Shown here in pieces: positions 1 to 9,564 of a stretch of 64,000 bases of DNA; positions within the stretch are counted from its first letter, which is position 1, and each line of letters begins with the position of its first letter. The position numbers were made by a program, and so were the translations under genes. A model generated the notes under the pieces. It saw only the letters and a program-made list of their open reading frames with translations, had not been told where the DNA came from and ran no database searches. This stretch comes from an uncultured Haloferula sp. (GTDB lineage: Bacteria; Verrucomicrobiota; Verrucomicrobiia; Verrucomicrobiales; Akkermansiaceae), in assembly GCA_965652295.1 (NCBI GenBank), contig CBFGTS010000001.1, positions 192,001 to 256,000 on the forward strand, in the 5' to 3' direction.

Positions 1-1439
1 TTGGAGAAGTCCGAGTCCAGGCCGTTGTTGTGGAAGTCGTGATTGGTGAAAAGCGCGCCGCCGTGGCAGTGAAAGCAGTCGGCACCGTGGAGGCCGCGGG
101 CTGGATCGTTCTCGGTGATGAAAAGCTGGAAGCCCCGCTTCTCCTCCTCGCTGAACTGGGTTTCGCCGCGAAGCGCGCGGTCGAAGCGGGAGTCTTGGGA
201 GAGCAGGCTCAGCAGGAACTGCTCGAGGGCGAGACCGAGCCGCTCTTCGGTCACGCCGGGCGACCCGAACGCCTTGGCGAAGGCTTCGGCGTACGTCTTC
301 TCCAGCGCGGTGACCAGCTCGCCGAGATCGTGGCCCATTTCATCCGGATGCTCGATCGGCACGCGGATCTGCTCGCGCAAGGTCGGCGAACGACCGTCCC
401 AGAAGAACGAGCGGTGCCAGGCGAGGTTGAAGAGGGGCATAGAGTGGCGGGCTGACAAGCGGCCGCCGATGCCGGTGCTCAGGGGTTTCGGATCGGAAAA
501 CGCCAGCTCCGCCTGATGACAGGACGCGCAGGAAACCGAGCCATCGCGCGACAGGGCGGGGTCGGAAAACAGGGCCTTGCCGAGGGCGATGCCCTCGCGG
601 GTGAGGGGATTGTCGGCGGGCAGGGTCACCTTGGGGAAACGCGGTGAGATTTCCAACCGGTAGGGTGTGGTCCCGGGAGGGGCGTTCACGGCGGGGGCCG
701 CCGTGTTTTCCTGGCTCATCTCACGGCGGGTGGCGAGGAAATGAAAGGCACCGGCGGCGTGGACGGCGATCTCACCCGCCAAAGCATCTCCCTCGCGCGA
801 GTGAGTGCTGGGCTTCGCGTCGGCCAGGTCGAACGCCAGCACCTTGTCGAGATCCAGCGCGAGCCGGAGCGTCTGGTGGTCGGCAGGGAGCTCGATGGGC
901 ACGGTGATCTCCAAATGCTGCGGGTCGTTTCCGATGTGGTAGGAGAATCCGCGGTCCTCCTGACCCTCGCGCGCCAGCCGGCCTTCGAGGGCGAGGAAGA
1001 TGAAGCCGGTCTGCCATTCCCAGTGCATGTTGTTCAGTGCGGGATTCAGCGGGTCGTCCGCGCCGAAGCTCGCCGGGTCGGCGTGGTTGAGCTTCGGCGG
1101 CGGGCCGAGGCGGAAACGCACCGCCTGCATCGGCTCACCGGGAAGCCCGCGGAGGGGAGGAGACAAGCCCCGACCGGCCGCGCTGAAGAAGCCGTTCCAG
1201 TCCGCGTTCGGCAGCCAAGTTCCGTCGGACTTTTGAAACGACACCTGGGAGAGAATCACATCTGCCCGGGAAATCGCCACGCCTCCGCGGATTTCCGAGG
1301 TGAGGGGGCGGTCACCGCGCACGAATTCGACCTCCAGCCGAAGATCCCGCGCGTCCTGCGACCAAGCGGTTGCGGAAACGAGAAAGATAAACGGGGGGAG
1401 GAGAAAGAAGAATGGGAGCTGGCGGAATGCACCGAGCAC
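1..1439 (-). CDS. MbnP-like domain fused to MbnH/MauG-type di-heme cytochrome c peroxidase (3' end runs off the window)
   Basis: Translated by hand; absent from the ORF track because no stop falls in the window. Signal peptide from GTG at 1439; LNPALNNMHWEWQTGFIFLALEG (WxW); same frame continues to DNPLTREGIALGKALFSDPALSRDGSVSCASCH, FFWDGR and a second heme motif DCFHCH. Confidence 0.85.
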   Translation of the reverse strand, partial: MLGAFRQLPFFFLLPPFIFLVSATAWSQDARDLRLEVEFVRGDRPLTSEIRGGVAISRADVILSQVSFQKSDGTWLPNADWNGFFSAAGRGLSPPLRGLPGEPMQAVRFRLGPPPKLNHADPASFGADDPLNPALNNMHWEWQTGFIFLALEGRLAREGQEDRGFSYHIGNDPQHLEITVPIELPADHQTLRLALDLDKVLAFDLADAKPSTHSREGDALAGEIAVHAAGAFHFLATRREMSQENTAAPAVNAPPGTTPYRLEISPRFPKVTLPADNPLTREGIALGKALFSDPALSRDGSVSCASCHQAELAFSDPKPLSTGIGGRLSARHSMPLFNLAWHRSFFWDGRSPTLREQIRVPIEHPDEMGHDLGELVTALEKTYAEAFAKAFGSPGVTEERLGLALEQFLLSLLSQDSRFDRALRGETQFSEEEKRGFQLFITENDPARGLHGADCFHCHGGALFTNHDFHNNGLDSDFS

Positions 1440-1461
1440 AAAAAGAATCCTAGCATGGCGG

Positions 1462-1980
1462 TCAAACTCCGGATGCGGCCGGTCCCAGCCGTTTGCGATA
1501 CCGCGTTTCGTCGAGCCACGCTTCGCCGAGCTGAAATCGTTTCTCCGAGCCGTCCGCCTCAAACCCGGCTTCTTCGTAAAACGCTCGGGCGGCCATATTC
1601 TCTTTGAGAACCCAGAGAACGATTTCATCCCAGCCGGCCTCCCGGGCAAGCTCATCGGCAAACTTCATCAGGCGCGACCCCAGACCCTGGCGCCAGTGAG
1701 CCGGGGAAACATACAGGGCCCAGATTTCCCCGCAACGGAGGCCGCACCCGTCACGGTTGGCTCCGACCGAAATCCACGCCGAAACCCGTCCACCAGAGGT
1801 GTTCACATAGGTCCGGCTCTCAGAGCGTTCTAAAATCCCGCGCCAGCGATCCGCCCGTTGGCGAACGTCCATGCTGTCCAAGGTTTCGTCGGGCACGATC
1901 CCCCGGTAGGCGGTCTGCCACGCCTCCACATGGACCAAAGCGATCTCCTCGGCATCTTTTACCGTCGCGATGCGGATCAC
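1462..1980 (-). CDS. GNAT family N-acetyltransferase
   Basis: ALYVSPAHWRQGLGSRL and NMAARAFYEEAGF motifs. Confidence 0.85.
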   Translation of the reverse strand: MIRIATVKDAEEIALVHVEAWQTAYRGIVPDETLDSMDVRQRADRWRGILERSESRTYVNTSGGRVSAWISVGANRDGCGLRCGEIWALYVSPAHWRQGLGSRLMKFADELAREAGWDEIVLWVLKENMAARAFYEEAGFEADGSEKRFQLGEAWLDETRYRKRLGPAASGV

Positions 1981-2010
1981 GGTCTTGAAATGGCCGGTTA
2001 GGTGGTGCCG

Positions 2011-2982
2011 CTAGACGATTTTCAGGCGGGCGAGGTCCTGGGTGTCGATGAGGCCGACGGGATGGCCCTCGGCGTCGAGGACCACGACATCGTCGACGCG
2101 GTGCGAGCCGATGGTCTGAACCGCCTCGGCGGCGAGGGCGTCGGCGGCGACGCTGATCGGGTTGCGGGTCATCAGCTCGGCCACGGGTCGATCGCCGACG
2201 TTGGCATCCTGTTGGTAGGAGCGTGCGAAGTCGCCGTGGGTGAAGATTCCGGCCAGCCCGCCGTTTTCCTGAACAACCACACATGCGCCCGACCGGGCGG
2301 CGGACATGGCGGTGAGGGCATCGCGGACAGTGGCCTGGTGCGGCACTGCGGCCAGCGCCTCGCCGGCGCGCATGATGTCGGAAACTTTCGTCAGCAGCGC
2401 CCGGCCGAGGGCTCCGCCGGGGTGGAAACGGGCAAACTCCTTCTCGGTGAAGCCTCGTACTTCAAGCAGGGCCATCGCCAGAGCGTCGCCCATCACGAGC
2501 ATGGCGGTGGAGGACGAGGTCGGGGCGAGATTCAGCGGGCAGGCCTCGCGCTCGACGGAGGTGTCCAGCGTGACATCGGAATGATGGGCGAGGGTGGAGT
2601 CCGTGCGGCCGGTCATACCGATCAGGCTGATGTCGAACCGCCGGAGGTGGGGGAGAAGGTCGAGCAGCTCGACCGTTTCTCCGGAATAGGAGAGGGCGAT
2701 CACCGCGTCGCCATCGCACACCAGGCCGAGGTCGCCGTGGAGGGCGTTCTGGGAGTTGAGGACGACGGCGGTGGAACCGGTGGAGTTGAGGGTGGCGGCG
2801 ATCTTGTGGCCGATGTTCCCGCTCTTGCCGATGCCGACGACGACGACCTTGCCGCGGTTTCCGACGGCTTGGTGGAGAAGTTCGACCGCGTGCCCGAAGG
2901 CCCCGTCCAGCCGCTGCCCGAGAGCGCTCAGGGCGGCGGCTTCCATCTCGATGACCTGCTTGCCACGGGTGATCGCGTCCAT
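2011..2982 (-). CDS. kdsD: KpsF/GutQ family arabinose-5-phosphate isomerase (SIS + 2 CBS)
   Basis: GIGKSGNIGHKIAAT, HGDLG, EACPLNLAPTSS, FHPGGALG; start moved to MDAITRG. Confidence 0.92.
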   Translation of the reverse strand: MDAITRGKQVIEMEAAALSALGQRLDGAFGHAVELLHQAVGNRGKVVVVGIGKSGNIGHKIAATLNSTGSTAVVLNSQNALHGDLGLVCDGDAVIALSYSGETVELLDLLPHLRRFDISLIGMTGRTDSTLAHHSDVTLDTSVEREACPLNLAPTSSSTAMLVMGDALAMALLEVRGFTEKEFARFHPGGALGRALLTKVSDIMRAGEALAAVPHQATVRDALTAMSAARSGACVVVQENGGLAGIFTHGDFARSYQQDANVGDRPVAELMTRNPISVAADALAAEAVQTIGSHRVDDVVVLDAEGHPVGLIDTQDLARLKIV

Positions 2983-3069
2983 GCCCGGAGCGTGGGGGGA
3001 AACAGTGAGGGAGCAAACCGCAAACTTTGGCTGCGGGGGAGGCATCCAAACATGCGACACCTGCCCATG

Positions 3070-3099
3070 AAAAAACCGGAAGGCGAAAGCCTTCCGGTT
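3070..3099 (-). terminator. Intrinsic terminator after the prepilin-type gene
   Basis: 11-bp stem AACCGGAAGGC/GCCTTCCGGTT with 4-nt loop, followed by a T run on the minus strand. Confidence 0.8.
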
Positions 3100-3128
3100 C
3101 GGGATTCTTGAGTGGATCGACCGGCTCG

Positions 3129-3887
3129 TTAGAGTTCGAGCTCGAGTTCGTCGTCCGCTTGATTCGCGGAGTTGCCGCTCGACGAGCCGACGCCGCCCGC
3201 GTCAGGAGCCTTGAGGACGGGCTCGACGGAACCCCAGACGGTGCCTTTGCCGTTCTTCTGGAGGGTCCGGCCGCCGCCGATGGTGACGTTGTTGTCGGTC
3301 TCACGAATGATCGGGGCTTCGACGCTGTTGTCGAGGCGCAGGATCACGGCTTTGCCGCCGTACGGGCCGGGATCGAACTGCCAGTTGGTTTGGGCATTGA
3401 GCAGCGGGGTCGCGAGAACCGGGCGGTTCGAGTTGCCGGTGCTGTTCTGGCCGGTGGCGGCGTCGAGCATGACGTAGCCGAAGCCGACTTCGCCTTGGCT
3501 GAGGGCCTTGCCGGGCTCCATGTTCTTGTCGGGCTTCCGGGTGTAGGGCGTCTTGGTGTAGAAGATGTCCTCGTTGTCGGCACCGTAGGCGATGAGCTGA
3601 CGGAAGTAGTCGTTGGACTTGTTGCCGGAGAAGTCCAGCGAGCTGCCGGTGGCATCCGCGACGTTCTGGGCGGTGTTGTTGTCCGGGTAGGAGCCGAATT
3701 CCTGGTCGAACTCGATCAGATACATGCCGACTTGCTTGGCGTTGTTGATGGCCTGGGTCCGGTCGGCGGCCTTGCGCTGACGGAGGACCATGGGGGCCGA
3801 AAGGCCCGCGAGGGCCGCGATGATGACGATGACCACCAGAAGCTCCACAAGGGTGAAGCCACGGCGGCGCGTGCTGTTGGTTTTCAT
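3129..3887 (-). CDS. Prepilin-type N-terminal cleavage/methylation domain protein
   Basis: RRRG-FTLVELLVVIVIIAALAGL type IV prepilin leader. Confidence 0.88.
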   Translation of the reverse strand: MKTNSTRRRGFTLVELLVVIVIIAALAGLSAPMVLRQRKAADRTQAINNAKQVGMYLIEFDQEFGSYPDNNTAQNVADATGSSLDFSGNKSNDYFRQLIAYGADNEDIFYTKTPYTRKPDKNMEPGKALSQGEVGFGYVMLDAATGQNSTGNSNRPVLATPLLNAQTNWQFDPGPYGGKAVILRLDNSVEAPIIRETDNNVTIGGGRTLQKNGKGTVWGSVEPVLKAPDAGGVGSSSGNSANQADDELELEL

Positions 3888-4050
3888 GGTTTTATGTATG
3901 TTTTTGCTATGGATTGGAGCCAATCGGCTCCGTTTTTATAAGCCCGGAGGTTTTTCAACATCCGAGTCAGTCCAAGGTAGATGCGGCACCTGCCCACACA
4001 AGGAGAAAGATGGAAGCGGAGTGGCATGATTTCCCGCTTCCACCGGGGTC

Positions 4051-4314
4051 TCAGCGGCGGATCCACTTCCACAAACCCAGCAGGATGATGGCTCCGGCGG
4101 TGGCGGAAACGAGCGAACGCAGGGTGGGGAGCCAGTCGGATGACCGGGGCGCGAGAAATCCGGCTTGGCGGGCGAGCCAGCCGCCGAGAAGGGCACCGGC
4201 AATGCCCAGGACAAGGGCGGAGATCCACCCGCCACGCTCCTGGCCGGGCAGGATCCATCGGGCAAGACACCCGGCCACGAGTCCCAAGATGATCCAGCTC
4301 GCCAAGTGTGCCAT
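4051..4314 (-). CDS. GlsB/YeaQ/YmgE (transglycosylase-associated) membrane protein
   Basis: WIILGLVAGCLARWILPG...LGIAGALLGG pattern. Confidence 0.85.
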   Translation of the reverse strand: MAHLASWIILGLVAGCLARWILPGQERGGWISALVLGIAGALLGGWLARQAGFLAPRSSDWLPTLRSLVSATAGAIILLGLWKWIRR

Positions 4315-4399
4315 GAGCCCGAGTAGCCGGTCGTGTGCCAGAGGTCGAGCTGCATTTCGCTGGGGCGGATCGGTCTTGCTGGCGGGGAGGGTGCGGCGG

Positions 4400-5347
4400 A
4401 TGATCCGGCCGATGTGGGAGGGGCACGATGGCTTCGCGGAAATGGCCCGGGACGAGCGGTTCCTGGTCGGAGTGTCGGGTGGGGCGGATTCGGTGGCGCT
4501 GCTCCAGCTCCTGACCGAGAGGGGCTTCGACGATCTGGTGGTGTGTCATTTGAACCACGGCCTGCGCGGGGCGGAGTCGGAGGCGGACGAGCGCTTCGTC
4601 GTGGAAATGGCGGAGAGCCTGGGGCACCGGGTCGCGGTGGGGCAGTGGCGGTTCGAGGAGGGGGGATCATCGATGGAAACGGCGGCGCGTGAAGCGAGGC
4701 ATCGGTTTTTTATGGAAACGGCGCGCACGACCGGATGCCGGAAGGTGGTGCTGGGGCATCACGCCGACGATCAGGCCGAGACGGCGCTCTGGAACCTGCT
4801 GCGTGGCAGCCGCGGCGCGGTGGGAATGAAGCCGGTGCAGCGAATCGTTTGCGAAGGCGTGGAGCTGGAGATCCTGCGGCCGCTGCGGGGGGTGCGGCGG
4901 GCGGAGTTGCGGGCCTGGTTGAGGGAGCGGGGGATCGCGTGGCGGGAGGACGCGACGAATGCCGAGCCGGTGGCGGTGAGAAACCGGCTGCGGCACGAGG
5001 CGATTCCGCTGCTGGATGAAATCACGGGCCGGGACGCGGTGGCGGCGTTGGTCAAGGCGGTGGAAACGACGCGCGAGCTGGGTGAAATCGAGGCCTGGGC
5101 GGTGGAGCAGGCGGCGGCGATGGATCCGCAAGGGCGGCTGCATGTCGGGCGTCTGGACGCGCTGCCGGCGGCGGTACGGCGTGCGTGTGTCTTCCGGTAT
5201 TTGCAGTCGGCGGGGGTGGTGGATCTGGGCCGAGCCGAGGTGGAGCGGGTGCTGGGGATGTTGGAGGAGGGCGGTGCGGCGAAGGTTTCGCTGCCGGGGG
5301 GAAGGATCGCGCGCAGACGCCAAGGAAGGTTGTGGGTGGAGGAATGA
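4400..5347 (+). CDS. tilS: tRNA(Ile)-lysidine synthetase
   Basis: VSGGADSVALL PP-loop, HLNHGLRG, GHHADDQAET, RNRLRH; start approximate. Confidence 0.92.
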   Translation: MIRPMWEGHDGFAEMARDERFLVGVSGGADSVALLQLLTERGFDDLVVCHLNHGLRGAESEADERFVVEMAESLGHRVAVGQWRFEEGGSSMETAAREARHRFFMETARTTGCRKVVLGHHADDQAETALWNLLRGSRGAVGMKPVQRIVCEGVELEILRPLRGVRRAELRAWLRERGIAWREDATNAEPVAVRNRLRHEAIPLLDEITGRDAVAALVKAVETTRELGEIEAWAVEQAAAMDPQGRLHVGRLDALPAAVRRACVFRYLQSAGVVDLGRAEVERVLGMLEEGGAAKVSLPGGRIARRRQGRLWVEE

Positions 5348-5365
5348 GCTGCTTGGCTGGTTGGC

Positions 5366-6253
5366 ATGATGAAACGACTGATGCTGGCCTTTTCCGCGAT
5401 GACCGTGATGGCGGCGGGGGATTGGAAACCGCTGTGGGAGGGCGACGCGCCGGGAGCGGATCGGGCGTCGGCCGGGGTCGAGAAAATCGGCGAGGGCGGC
5501 CGATATTCGGACATCGAGCAGCCGCAGTATTTCCTCTATCCAGCGGCGGCGGAAAAGCGGACGGGTCAGGGCGTGGTGATCTTTCCGGGCGGCGGCTACA
5601 CGATCCTGGCGATGAATCACGAGGGCCACGACTACGCCAAATGGCTCAACGAGCGCGGCATTAGCGCGATGGTGGTGAAATACCGGGTGAGCGGGAATGA
5701 TGCCCTCGGCTACGGCTATCCCGTACCCTATCTCGACGCCCGGCGGGCGATCCGGACGATGCGGTCGATGGCCGGTGAACTCGGATTGAAGTCGGTGGGC
5801 GTGATGGGTTCCTCGGCGGGTGGACATCTGGCGAGCACCTGCGCGACGCGGTTCGGCGATACCTTCGAGGAGGAATCGGGCGACGCGATCGACCAGTTGA
5901 GTTGCCGTCCCGACTTCGCCGTGCTGGTTTACCCGGTCATTTCGATGGGGGAGCTTTCCCATGAGGGATCGCGGCGACGGTTGCTTGGGGCCGATCCCTC
6001 ACCCGAGGCGGTGGAGAAACTTTCGACCGAAAAGCAGGTCGGCCCCGAAACCCCGCCGTGTTTTCTCCTGACCACCGCGGACGATTTCGTGGACTGCCGC
6101 AACAGCCTGCGTTTCGCCGAAGCCTGCAAGGCCCACGGCGTGCCGGTGACCCTGCATCTGTTCGAAAAGGGCGGCCATGGCTACGGCCTGAACGGTCGGG
6201 GAGACGTCAGCGGATGGCCGGGCTTGCTGGAGGGGTGGTTGAAGGGGCGTTGA
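5366..6253 (+). CDS. Secreted alpha/beta hydrolase (carbohydrate-esterase-like)
   Basis: Signal peptide, PGGGY, GSSAGGHL nucleophile elbow, GGHGYG. Confidence 0.85.
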   Translation: MMKRLMLAFSAMTVMAAGDWKPLWEGDAPGADRASAGVEKIGEGGRYSDIEQPQYFLYPAAAEKRTGQGVVIFPGGGYTILAMNHEGHDYAKWLNERGISAMVVKYRVSGNDALGYGYPVPYLDARRAIRTMRSMAGELGLKSVGVMGSSAGGHLASTCATRFGDTFEEESGDAIDQLSCRPDFAVLVYPVISMGELSHEGSRRRLLGADPSPEAVEKLSTEKQVGPETPPCFLLTTADDFVDCRNSLRFAEACKAHGVPVTLHLFEKGGHGYGLNGRGDVSGWPGLLEGWLKGR

Positions 6254-6254
6254 A

Positions 6255-7160
6255 TCAACCCCGCGCCACGGCAGCCAGCGCGGCGAGAACGGCCTTCTGG
6301 GCGTGGAGGCGGTTCTCGGCTTGCTGGAAGATCGTGTCGGCGTGGGCTTCGAGGACCTCCTCGGTGATCTCCTTGCCGCGGTAGGCGGGGAGGCAGTGGA
6401 GTACGATGTGCTCCGTAGCCGCGTTCGCGAGCAGCTCCGCATTCACCTGATAGGGGCCGAAGGCGGCTTCCTTTTCAGCCTGACCCTCCTGGCCCATGGA
6501 AAGCCAGACGTCGGTGTTGATGACGTGGGCTCCCTCGACGGCCTCGGCGGGATCGGGGGTGACGCTGATGTTCGGCGCGTTGAGCTCCTGCAGGAACGCG
6601 GCGGTGGGTGCGTAGTCGGGCGGGCAGGCGACGGCGAAGTCGAAGCCGAGCTTTTTGGCGGCCCACATCCAGGAAATGGTCATGTTCGAGAAGCCATCGC
6701 CGACCCACGCGATCTTCTTGCCTTCCCAGCCGCCGAGCTTTTCCCGGATGGTGAGAAGGTCGGCGAGGATCTGGCAGGGATGCTCGTCGTCGGTCAGGGC
6801 ATTGATGGTGGGAATGCCGGAGTAGTTCGCGAAGTCCACGACGTCCTGCTGGGCGAAGGTCCGGATGACGGCACCATGGACCATGCGCCCGAGGACGCGG
6901 GCGGTGTCGATGATCGGTTCGCCGCGGCCGAGCTGGATGTCGTTCTTGGAAAGGAACATGGGCGCACCGCCGAGTTCGCGGATGCCGACTTCGAAGGAGA
7001 CGCGCGTGCGGGTGGATGACTTGGTGAAAATCATCGCCCAGGTCTGGCCTTCGAGGGGCTTGCCATCGCGGCCGCGCTGCCGCTTGAGCAGCTCGGCGCT
7101 GTCGAGCAGGTGGACGAGTTCCTTGTCGGTGAGTTCTTCGATGGAAAGGAGATTTTTCAT
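6255..7160 (-). CDS. argF: Ornithine carbamoyltransferase
   Basis: SSTRTRVSFE, HPCQ, HCLP, AENRLH. Confidence 0.95.
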   Translation of the reverse strand: MKNLLSIEELTDKELVHLLDSAELLKRQRGRDGKPLEGQTWAMIFTKSSTRTRVSFEVGIRELGGAPMFLSKNDIQLGRGEPIIDTARVLGRMVHGAVIRTFAQQDVVDFANYSGIPTINALTDDEHPCQILADLLTIREKLGGWEGKKIAWVGDGFSNMTISWMWAAKKLGFDFAVACPPDYAPTAAFLQELNAPNISVTPDPAEAVEGAHVINTDVWLSMGQEGQAEKEAAFGPYQVNAELLANAATEHIVLHCLPAYRGKEITEEVLEAHADTIFQQAENRLHAQKAVLAALAAVARG

Positions 7161-8395
7161 GACTGGGAAAGTAAGGAGTCGAGAGTGATGCGGACGATTT
7201 CGAGAGCTTCGGAAACCTCCGTTTCGGTGACGTTGAGGGGTGGCAGGAGCCGCAAGGTTACGGGGCCGGCGGGCGGGGCGAGGAGGCCGTGGGTGATGAG
7301 TTCAGCGGAGAGGTGGAGGGCGGGAAGCTTGCCCTCGGGAACACTCATTTTCGAAACATCGAGGCCGATGCCGATGAGCAGTCCGAGGCCGCGGACGCCG
7401 GTGACGAGAGGATGGTTCCATGAGGAAACGGTCTCGTGGATTTGCGTGGCGCGGGCGCGGACGTTGTCGATGAGCTGCAACTCCGAGATTTCCCGGAGCA
7501 CGGCCAGGGCGGCGGCGCAGGCGAGCGGGCTGCCGCCGTAGGTGGTGCCGTGGGAGCCGGGACCCATGAGGGCGGAAAGAGGCTTTTCGCCATCGATCAA
7601 CCGGTCGGACAGCCAGAAGGCACCGATCGGGAAACCGCCGCCGAGGCCCTTGGCCCAGCTGATGCCGTCGGGCTCAAGTTCCGGAGCGATCTCGCGCCAG
7701 GCCATGGGATCACCGCAGCGGCCGAAACCGGTCTGGACTTCGTCGAGCAGCAGCAGCAGGTCGTGCTTTTCGCAGAGCGCCTTGACGCCGCGGAGGAACT
7801 CGGGTGTGGCGACGTTGACGCCGCCCTCGCCTTGCACGGGTTCGAGCAGGATGGCGGCGGTTTCCGGCTGGATGGCAGCGGCGAGCGCGTCGAGGTCGTT
7901 GTAGGGCAGGTGGCGGAAGCCGGGCAGCAGGGGATCGAAGCCCTCCTTCACCTTGTCCTGCCCGGTGGCGTTGATGCCGCCGAGGGTCCGGCCGTGGAAG
8001 GATTGTGTGAAACTAAGAACCTCGTACCTCGGCGAGCCATCGGGTTGGGGCCGGGCGTGACCGAACCTGCGCGCGGACTTGATGAGTCCGTCGTTCGACT
8101 CGGCCCCGGAGTTGGAGAAGAAGACTTTCCCGGGGAGCTTCACGTGGTTCTCGACGATGAGGCGGGCGAGTTCTTCCTGCTGCGGGATGTGATAGAGATT
8201 GGAGCAGTGAATGAGGGTCGCGGCCTGTTGCGTGATGGCATCGACCAACGACTTCGGCGAGTGGCCGAGGGCGCAGACGGCGATGCCGGAGCAGAAGTCG
8301 AGGTAGCTCTTGCCCGAGTCGTCCCACACTCGGGGACCCTCGCCTTTGATGAGGGTGAGCGGGAAACGGCCGTAGGTCTGGAGGATGTGAGACAT
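7157..8395 (-). CDS. argD: Acetylornithine aminotransferase
   Basis: SFHGRT, EPVQGEGG, DEVQTGFGR, AKGLGGG, HGTTYGG; overlaps argF start. Confidence 0.92.
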   Translation of the reverse strand: MSHILQTYGRFPLTLIKGEGPRVWDDSGKSYLDFCSGIAVCALGHSPKSLVDAITQQAATLIHCSNLYHIPQQEELARLIVENHVKLPGKVFFSNSGAESNDGLIKSARRFGHARPQPDGSPRYEVLSFTQSFHGRTLGGINATGQDKVKEGFDPLLPGFRHLPYNDLDALAAAIQPETAAILLEPVQGEGGVNVATPEFLRGVKALCEKHDLLLLLDEVQTGFGRCGDPMAWREIAPELEPDGISWAKGLGGGFPIGAFWLSDRLIDGEKPLSALMGPGSHGTTYGGSPLACAAALAVLREISELQLIDNVRARATQIHETVSSWNHPLVTGVRGLGLLIGIGLDVSKMSVPEGKLPALHLSAELITHGLLAPPAGPVTLRLLPPLNVTETEVSEALEIVRITLDSLLSQS

Positions 8396-8411
8396 GGGAA
8401 AGGGGCGGGGT

Positions 8412-9311
8412 TTAGGGATTGACGGAGGCTTTTACAAGCCGCGGCTTTGGGGTGGGATGGGCGACGACGCGCCAGGTGGCGACGAGGGTCAGAGCCCCGC
8501 CGGCGATTTCGGTAAGAGTGAAAATCTCATCGAAGAACAGCCAGCCACCGAGAGCGGTGACGAGCGGAAGGATCATCTGGATCGAGGAACCGCGGGCGAC
8601 CGAGAGCGTGCGGTAGGCGTGGGTCATGGAAAGCTGTGCGGCGGCGACGAGGACCGCGGCCAGTACCATGAGCCAGAAGGCTCCGCCGGGCAGCGTGGCC
8701 GACGGCACGGCGGCGGGTCCGGCCGCGAAGATGGCGCTGGCGAGACATTGCGACGCGTAGATGGTGGCGGTGTGCTCGCTGTGCCGGAGCTGGCGGATCA
8801 GGGTGATGACCGCGCCGGCCGCCACGGCTCCGGCGAGCGCCAGGACGTCGTATTTCCCGATGGAGAAAGTCAGGCCGCCGCTGAGGAAAACGAGCAGCCC
8901 GGCGAAGCCCGCGAACATCCACGACCATGACCGGACGGTCAGCGTTTCCTTGAGCCACAGCGAGGCGAAGAGGCAACCGAAGATCGGGTAGCTGAGATTG
9001 ATGATGACCGCGCGTCCGGCGCCGAGATGGACGACGGTGATGTAGAATGCGAGGATGCCGAATCCGCCGATGAGGCCGCGGGCGATCAGCAGCGGCCGGG
9101 TGAAGAGGTGCCGCGGCTGAAAACCCTTTTTCAGGAAGAACGCGCTGACGATGGCGAGCCCGACGACGCCGCGGAAAAGCGAGGCCACCCAGCCATCGGC
9201 CGCGGGCACGGCGAGGGCAATGCCGCGGATCATCAGCGCGTTCACGGCGAAGGCGACGACGGAACCGAGCATCAGGGTGATGCCGGCCTTTTCGGTCGGG
9301 GTGGTGGTCAT
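8412..9311 (-). CDS. DMT/EamA family transporter, first gene of the DMT-argD-argF operon
   Basis: About 10 hydrophobic segments in two EamA-like halves; start at MTTTPTEK. Confidence 0.85.
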   Translation of the reverse strand: MTTTPTEKAGITLMLGSVVAFAVNALMIRGIALAVPAADGWVASLFRGVVGLAIVSAFFLKKGFQPRHLFTRPLLIARGLIGGFGILAFYITVVHLGAGRAVIINLSYPIFGCLFASLWLKETLTVRSWSWMFAGFAGLLVFLSGGLTFSIGKYDVLALAGAVAAGAVITLIRQLRHSEHTATIYASQCLASAIFAAGPAAVPSATLPGGAFWLMVLAAVLVAAAQLSMTHAYRTLSVARGSSIQMILPLVTALGGWLFFDEIFTLTEIAGGALTLVATWRVVAHPTPKPRLVKASVNP

Positions 9312-9346
9312 GGTTTCGGCGGGCGCCGCACAGGTCCGGTCGGGGT

Positions 9347-9384
9347 AAAAACAAAAAACCCGGCGGACCATGGAGGCGCCGGGT
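9347..9384 (-). terminator. Intrinsic terminator inside the 5' leader of the DMT-argD-argF operon (attenuator)
   Basis: Minus strand ACCCGGCG-11nt-CGCCGGGT followed by TTTTTGTTTTT, ending about 35 nt before the DMT start. Confidence 0.85.
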
Positions 9385-9416
9385 GGGTGGTGGTTCGGTG
9401 GTATCCTTGATTCCCA

Positions 9417-9485
9417 TCACACGCCGGCAGCTCCGAGCCAAATGGCACGGGCGACGAGACGACGGAGATGGAGTTTATGGGTCAA
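9417..9485 (-). CDS. Putative 22-aa leader peptide MTHKLHLRRLVARAIWLGAAGV
   Basis: TTG start, TGA stop, three Arg codons all CGT; lies between a sigma70-like promoter and the leader terminator. Confidence 0.55.
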   Translation of the reverse strand: MTHKLHLRRLVARAIWLGAAGV

Positions 9486-9495
9486 GGCGGGGAGT

Positions 9496-9524
9496 GGGAT
9501 AGTCGGGCGACGGGGTTGTGGCAA
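9496..9524 (-). promoter_or_regulatory. Sigma70-like promoter of the arg leader
   Basis: TTGCCA-17nt-TATCCC on the minus strand. Confidence 0.5.
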
Positions 9525-9564
9525 GGGCGGAGTGGAGAATCTGGGAGATGGCGACGGGCTGTAG

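Noticed and set aside
741..1607. 288-aa plus-strand ORF and 30..455
   Set aside because: Antisense shadows of the minus-strand MbnP-MbnH gene
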